DNA from: an uncultured Candidatus Binatia bacterium
GTDB lineage: Bacteria; Desulfobacterota; Binatia; UBA9968; JAJDTQ01
DNA length: 64,000 nucleotides
NCBI GenBank assembly: GCA_965242525.1
Contig: OZ251459.1
Span: 1,600,001-1,664,000 of the forward strand
Reading direction: 5' to 3'
This document shows positions 59,495 to 64,000 of this stretch, one piece after another. Within the stretch, counting starts at the first letter, position 1. Each line of letters begins with the position of its first letter. Under the pieces are notes generated by a model. That model was not told where the DNA came from. It did not search any database and was given only the letters and a program-made list of their open reading frames with translations. The position numbers and the translations under genes were made by a program.

Positions 59495-60628
59495 CTATGC
59501 CCCCAGCCCGTACATCTGCGCCGGGTTGTCCCACAGGATCTTGCGGCGGGTCTCGTCCGACAGCTTCTCGTTGGCGCTCAGGGCGCCTACGGTGAGGTCG
59601 GGGAACTTGTCGATGCAGTCGCTGTGCGGATAGTCCGTGGCCATGGTCAGGCGGTCGTTGCCCAGGTGCTCCACGAAACTCGGCACCAGTTCCTCCCCGG
59701 CCTCGCAACTCACCCAGCACTGGCGCTGGAAATAGAAGCTGGGGGCGTGCGGCGTGGTCCTGGCGGAGCCGTGGGACTCGTGCTCCCAGTGTTCGTCCAT
59801 GCGCTCCAGCCAGTAGGGCACCCAGCCGCAGCCGGACTCCAGGTAGGCGACCTTGAGGGCGGGGAAGCGCTCCAGCACGCCGTCGGCGCAGAAGCTCAGG
59901 CACGCGAGCATCTGCTCCAGGGGATGGCAGGCCACGTGGCGCCCGAACTCGCTGTAGCGGTCGCCGCCCGCCTGCTCCAGGACCGTGCGCGCGCCCTCGT
60001 GCACGCACACGGTGACGCCCAGGTCCTGGGCGGCCTCGTAGATGGGGAAGTAGTCGGGGCTGGCCAGGGTCCTGCCGCAGAGCTTGTTGGGGCGCCAGAA
60101 GATCCCCACCAGACCGAGCTTCTCCCGCGCGTGGCGCAACTCCTCCACCGCCCGGGCCGGGTCCTGCAAGGGCAGCAGCATGACGCCGCGGAGCCGCGAC
60201 GCGTCGTAGCCGCAATACTCCGCGAGCCAGGTGTTGTAGGCGCGGCAGATGGCCGCGCTGAGCTCCGGGTCGATGTCCGAGCGCCACATGACGTACAGGC
60301 CCATGGTCGGGAACAGCACGCTCAGGTCGATGCCCTCCCGGTCCATGTCGCGGAGGTTGGACGCGGGGTCGAAGCCCGCGGCAATGGCTTCCGCGAAGGT
60401 GTCGCGCCACCCCTCGTTGCTGGCGAAGATGAAGCCGTAGTCGGTGGTCTCTCGGTCGGGGCGCCGGTCGGAGTCCGACACCGGCTTGCCGTCCACGTAG
60501 CGGCCGGACTGGTTCGGTCCCGTGATCTTCACCCGCCCGCGGAACCTGGCGTCCATGTACCGGTCGTACACGTCCGAGGGCTCCATGATGTGCCGGTCCG
60601 AATCGATGACGCGGTATCCATCCTTCAT
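59495..60628 (-). CDS. Amidohydrolase family 2 protein
   Basis: IDSDRHIME, VHEG, LESGCGWVPY and ATDYPHSD. Confidence 0.92.
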   Translation of the reverse strand: MKDGYRVIDSDRHIMEPSDVYDRYMDARFRGRVKITGPNQSGRYVDGKPVSDSDRRPDRETTDYGFIFASNEGWRDTFAEAIAAGFDPASNLRDMDREGIDLSVLFPTMGLYVMWRSDIDPELSAAICRAYNTWLAEYCGYDASRLRGVMLLPLQDPARAVEELRHAREKLGLVGIFWRPNKLCGRTLASPDYFPIYEAAQDLGVTVCVHEGARTVLEQAGGDRYSEFGRHVACHPLEQMLACLSFCADGVLERFPALKVAYLESGCGWVPYWLERMDEHWEHESHGSARTTPHAPSFYFQRQCWVSCEAGEELVPSFVEHLGNDRLTMATDYPHSDCIDKFPDLTVGALSANEKLSDETRRKILWDNPAQMYGLGA

Positions 60629-60922
60629 GGCTCAACTCCTTCTTCGGACAGCGGCTCGCCGCTGCCTCCTGCGGTCGCCAACGTCGATGCCCGCGGAGAG
60701 CCCCCCGGCCTGCCGGGGAGCCGTCTCCAGCGTGGCGCCACTATAGATCAAAGCACGGACCCCATCAAGGAAACTCCGAACAATCGGGGGAGCATGAGCG
60801 CGTCCTTCGACTTCGCTTCGCTACGCTCAGGACGAACGGGGATGGAAGGGTCGCGTGAGGGAGCTTGACCGGGCGCAAGGCCGAAGATAACATCCCCGCG
60901 GACAAACACCACGGAGGGAATC

Positions 60923-62161
60923 ATGGGAGTCGAGCCGGGCGCGGAATTGTTCGAGTTCAGCGAGCCTTCGGTAACGGGCAAGGCCGGGTTCGGCAGGTGG
61001 AAGAACCCCCGGTCGCCCTACGACCGGTTCATGGAGGACCAGGGCCTCCCCATCCACAGGGACATCGGGGTCCACAAGGTCCAGGACCTGCCCCTGGCCC
61101 CGTGGAAGCGGCTGGGAGGACGCGGCACCGCCATCCAGCTCCTGGGCACCGAGCACCTGTGGGGCATGTACGTGGTGGAGGTGCCGGGGGCGGGCGCGTT
61201 GCACGCCGAGCGCCACCTCTACGAAGAGACTTGCTACGTGGTGGAAGGCAGGGGCACCACCGAGGTGTGGCACGAGGGCAGCGGCAAGAGGCAGACCTTC
61301 GAGTGGGGGCCGGGCTCGCTCTTCGGCATCCCGTTGAACGCATGGCACCGGGTGGTCAACGCCACATCCTCCCCGGCCATGCTCCTGGCCGCCACCACCG
61401 CGCCCAACATCATCAACCTGCTCCGGGACCCGCAGTTCGTCATGGACTGCCCCTACGAGTTCACCCGGCGTTTCAAGGGCGACGACGACTATTTCAAACC
61501 CGTGGAGGACATCCGCGCGGACCCGGTGCGCGGTCTGGCCATGAGGCTCACCAACGTCATACCGGACATCGTCACGTGCGAGCTGCCGCGGGACAACCGG
61601 CGCTCGTTCAGCTACCGGCGGGTGGAGCCGCACATGGCCGGGGCCAACTTCTACATGAAGATCGCCCAGTACGAGACCGGCCAGTACTCCAAGGCCCACA
61701 AGCACACCTCGGGCGCCATACTCGTGTGCATCGAGGGCAAGGGCTTCAGCTACACCTGGCCGGACCGCCTGGGCATGAGGCCGTGGCAGGAGGGGCGCAG
61801 CGACGAGGTCAGGCAGCAGACCTATGAGCCGGTGGGCATGATCAGCGCCGCGCCCATGGCCGGCGACTGGTTCCACCAGCACTTCGGCACCGACCCCGCG
61901 GGGCTGAGGCTGTTGATCTTCGACGGTCCGTACGGGCCGGGCTTCCGGCGCGGGGGCGCGCCCGGCGCCCAGGCCATGGACGTGGGCGCGGTGGACACCC
62001 GGGACGGCGGCAACGCCATCGCCTACATGGACGAGGACCCGCAGATACGGAAGACCTACGAGGCCGAGCTGGCCGCCCACGGCATGGAGAGCCGCATGCC
62101 CCAATGGGCCTACGAGACCCGGACGCCCCCCGAAGGCGCACTGGAGCCCGGCGGACTCTGA
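60923..62161 (+). CDS. Bicupin-domain protein (paralog of 899-2095)
   Basis: AERHLYEETCYVVEGRG and KAHKHTSGA; collinear similarity with the first copy. Confidence 0.85.
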   Translation: MGVEPGAELFEFSEPSVTGKAGFGRWKNPRSPYDRFMEDQGLPIHRDIGVHKVQDLPLAPWKRLGGRGTAIQLLGTEHLWGMYVVEVPGAGALHAERHLYEETCYVVEGRGTTEVWHEGSGKRQTFEWGPGSLFGIPLNAWHRVVNATSSPAMLLAATTAPNIINLLRDPQFVMDCPYEFTRRFKGDDDYFKPVEDIRADPVRGLAMRLTNVIPDIVTCELPRDNRRSFSYRRVEPHMAGANFYMKIAQYETGQYSKAHKHTSGAILVCIEGKGFSYTWPDRLGMRPWQEGRSDEVRQQTYEPVGMISAAPMAGDWFHQHFGTDPAGLRLLIFDGPYGPGFRRGGAPGAQAMDVGAVDTRDGGNAIAYMDEDPQIRKTYEAELAAHGMESRMPQWAYETRTPPEGALEPGGL

Positions 62162-62178
62162 GCCGGGGACGAGGCTCG

Positions 62179-63099
62179 TCAACTTTCCCACAGGTGGCGG
62201 AACTGCACGGCCGCCACCCGTTCGTACGGCGCCGGCCCCGACAGGTGCCCCACGGACCGGGCGAACCGGTTGAGATGGGACACCGCCGCCTCCGAGATGG
62301 CGGGGTCGTAGAACGGCGCATCCCGCTCCACGATGCCGGCGATGAGCGCGGCCGCGTCCGGCGGGAAGAGTCCCTCCCCCACCCGCACCGCTTGGGCCGG
62401 GTCTGCGCGCAACGCCTTCTGGGCCTTCACGACGGCGCGCACGGCCGCGGCGGCCTGCTCCGGCGCCCGCTCGATGAAGGCGTCGGTGGTGCCGAGACCG
62501 GCAAAGGTGCAGTACCGGACCTCCCCGGGGTCGTCGCCCCGGCGCACGTCCACGTGGAGCTTGCCAGCGCCCAGGGCCGCGGCGGTGGCGCTGCCCATGG
62601 CGTTGGACCAGAAGCCGTCGATGCGGCCCGCGGCCAGACCCCGGGCCGCAAAGACGCCGAAGGAGACGTCCCGGGCCTCGGAACCCGGCAGATGCACCAA
62701 CTCCACGTCCCGGTCCGGGTCGAGGCCCGCCTCCGCCAGCAGCGCCCGGAACACCAGGTCCGGTCCTTCGGCCGCGGTGAGGCGCAAGCCCCGGAGGGCC
62801 TCGAAGTCCCCCCTTTCCGCGGGGAGGTCGGCCCGCACCGTCAGGAGCCACGGCGTCCCCCGGGACAGCGCCACCAGCAGCTTGGCGCCGCTCCAATCGG
62901 GGAACTCCCGCAGCAGGTCGTGCACCGACCCGGCGATCATGGCGTCCGCGCTGCCGTCCCGGAGCGCCCGGGTGGCGCCGATCTGGGACACGAGGTCGAT
63001 CTCCACCTCCAGCCCCTCGTCCCGGAAGAAACCCAGCTCCCGGGCGGCCAGGGCGGGGAAACAGGTGTTGCTGATCAGGTCCACCGCAGCAATGCGCAT
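62179..63099 (-). CDS. SsuA/NMT1-like substrate-binding protein lacking a signal peptide
   Basis: ARELGFFRDEGLEVEI and GLDPDRDVELV motifs. Confidence 0.75.
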   Translation of the reverse strand: MRIAAVDLISNTCFPALAARELGFFRDEGLEVEIDLVSQIGATRALRDGSADAMIAGSVHDLLREFPDWSGAKLLVALSRGTPWLLTVRADLPAERGDFEALRGLRLTAAEGPDLVFRALLAEAGLDPDRDVELVHLPGSEARDVSFGVFAARGLAAGRIDGFWSNAMGSATAAALGAGKLHVDVRRGDDPGEVRYCTFAGLGTTDAFIERAPEQAAAAVRAVVKAQKALRADPAQAVRVGEGLFPPDAAALIAGIVERDAPFYDPAISEAAVSHLNRFARSVGHLSGPAPYERVAAVQFRHLWES

Positions 63100-63470
63100 G
63101 TCGAGGTCACCTCCGGCCCGGGGTTCGGTCCCGCATGGGCATAACAGGGATTGCTTCCGCGCCGCAACGCGCCGGGGACGGAATTTGAGGAGTTGTTCCT
63201 GTGGGTGCGGTAAATGGTTTACCAAAGGCGTCTGGCGTTAGAAACTCAAGGTTCTTTCTAACACATGACGGCCGAAAGTCACCCATCAATGGAAAGGAAT
63301 CCCGTTCGGCCTCGTCGTGCGGCAGCTTCGCCGCCCGGACCGAAGGGCCTCGGAAGTTGGAAACGTGACCGGCCGGTTCCTCTGTTCGACCCGGTGGGCG
63401 GGCCTGGGCGCGTTGTCGCTTCCGCGGCCGGATGGTAGATGTAGGGAACCGAACGAGGGTTCGACCGCCG

Positions 63471-64000
63471 ATGACGAAGTCCGAGCTACTGGAACTGATT
63501 GCCAACGGGGAAAACTCCGGAACGGAGTTCAAAGGCGACGAACAGCGTCCGGAACAGGTCGCCAAGGAAATCGTGGCTCTGGCCAACTTCCGGGGCGGCC
63601 GACTGTTGCTGGGCGTGGAGGACGACGGGACCATTGCGGGTATTCGGCGGGATGACCTCGAACGCTGGATCATGGACACGGTGTTCGGCCGAAAGGTGCA
63701 TCCGATGATCCTGCCTTTCTACGAAGAGGTCCGGGTCGATGAACGGCGCAGGGTGGCGGTCGTTACGGTCACCCAGGGCGCGTCCAAGCCTTACGTGGTC
63801 CGTCACAACGACCGGGAAGACATCTATGTGCGCATCGGGAGCACGTCACGGTTGGCTACCCGGAAACAGCAGGCGAGACTGCACGCGCTTGGCGGTATGC
63901 TCCACACGGAATTGCTGCCCGTATCCGGCAGTGGACTCCGCGACCTCGGCAAGGAAAGGCTGGAAGACTACCTCATTTCCATGGTCCACGACCGTGAAAC
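63471..64000 (+). CDS. Schlafen/AlbA_2 DNA-binding domain protein (runs off the window end)
   Basis: Not in the ORF track. Manual translation MTKSELLELIANGENSGTEFK...AKEIVALANFRGGRLLLGVEDDG...YVRIGSTSR. Confidence 0.85.
   Translation, partial: MTKSELLELIANGENSGTEFKGDEQRPEQVAKEIVALANFRGGRLLLGVEDDGTIAGIRRDDLERWIMDTVFGRKVHPMILPFYEEVRVDERRRVAVVTVTQGASKPYVVRHNDREDIYVRIGSTSRLATRKQQARLHALGGMLHTELLPVSGSGLRDLGKERLEDYLISMVHDRE

Overview
High-GC bacterial window, mostly catabolic and transport genes: an EutA-like gene with a cupin, an FMN alpha-hydroxy acid oxidase, a NitT/TauT ABC transporter, MscS, an RND pump, two TPP enzymes, gltBD, molybdo-hydroxylase subunits, a DEAD-box helicase and an amidohydrolase. 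Three things stand out. (1) A ~13 kb NHLP/proteusin RiPP cluster (11.9-24.9 kb) with a three-gene NHLM exporter and four precursors whose Cys-free, divergent cores all end in Asp-Trp. Its candidate maturases are an unassigned prenyltransferase-like protein, a class II terpene-cyclase-like protein and a JmjC oxygenase; no rSAM, LanM or YcaO gene is visible. (2) A MITE family with ~18-bp TIRs and 4-bp target duplications that has inserted twice, in frame, into a DUF1156 DNA methyltransferase. That gene is itself bracketed by ~420-440 bp direct repeats carrying GIY-YIG nuclease remnants. (3) A small glutaredoxin-like gene with two in-frame TGA codons (probable double selenoprotein) that the ORF track misses. 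Also present: a HipA-like kinase/HIRAN pair, an ISL3 remnant, a truncated VapC module and a 14x9-bp VNTR upstream of the exporter. All family calls come from motif recognition by eye; no searches were run.
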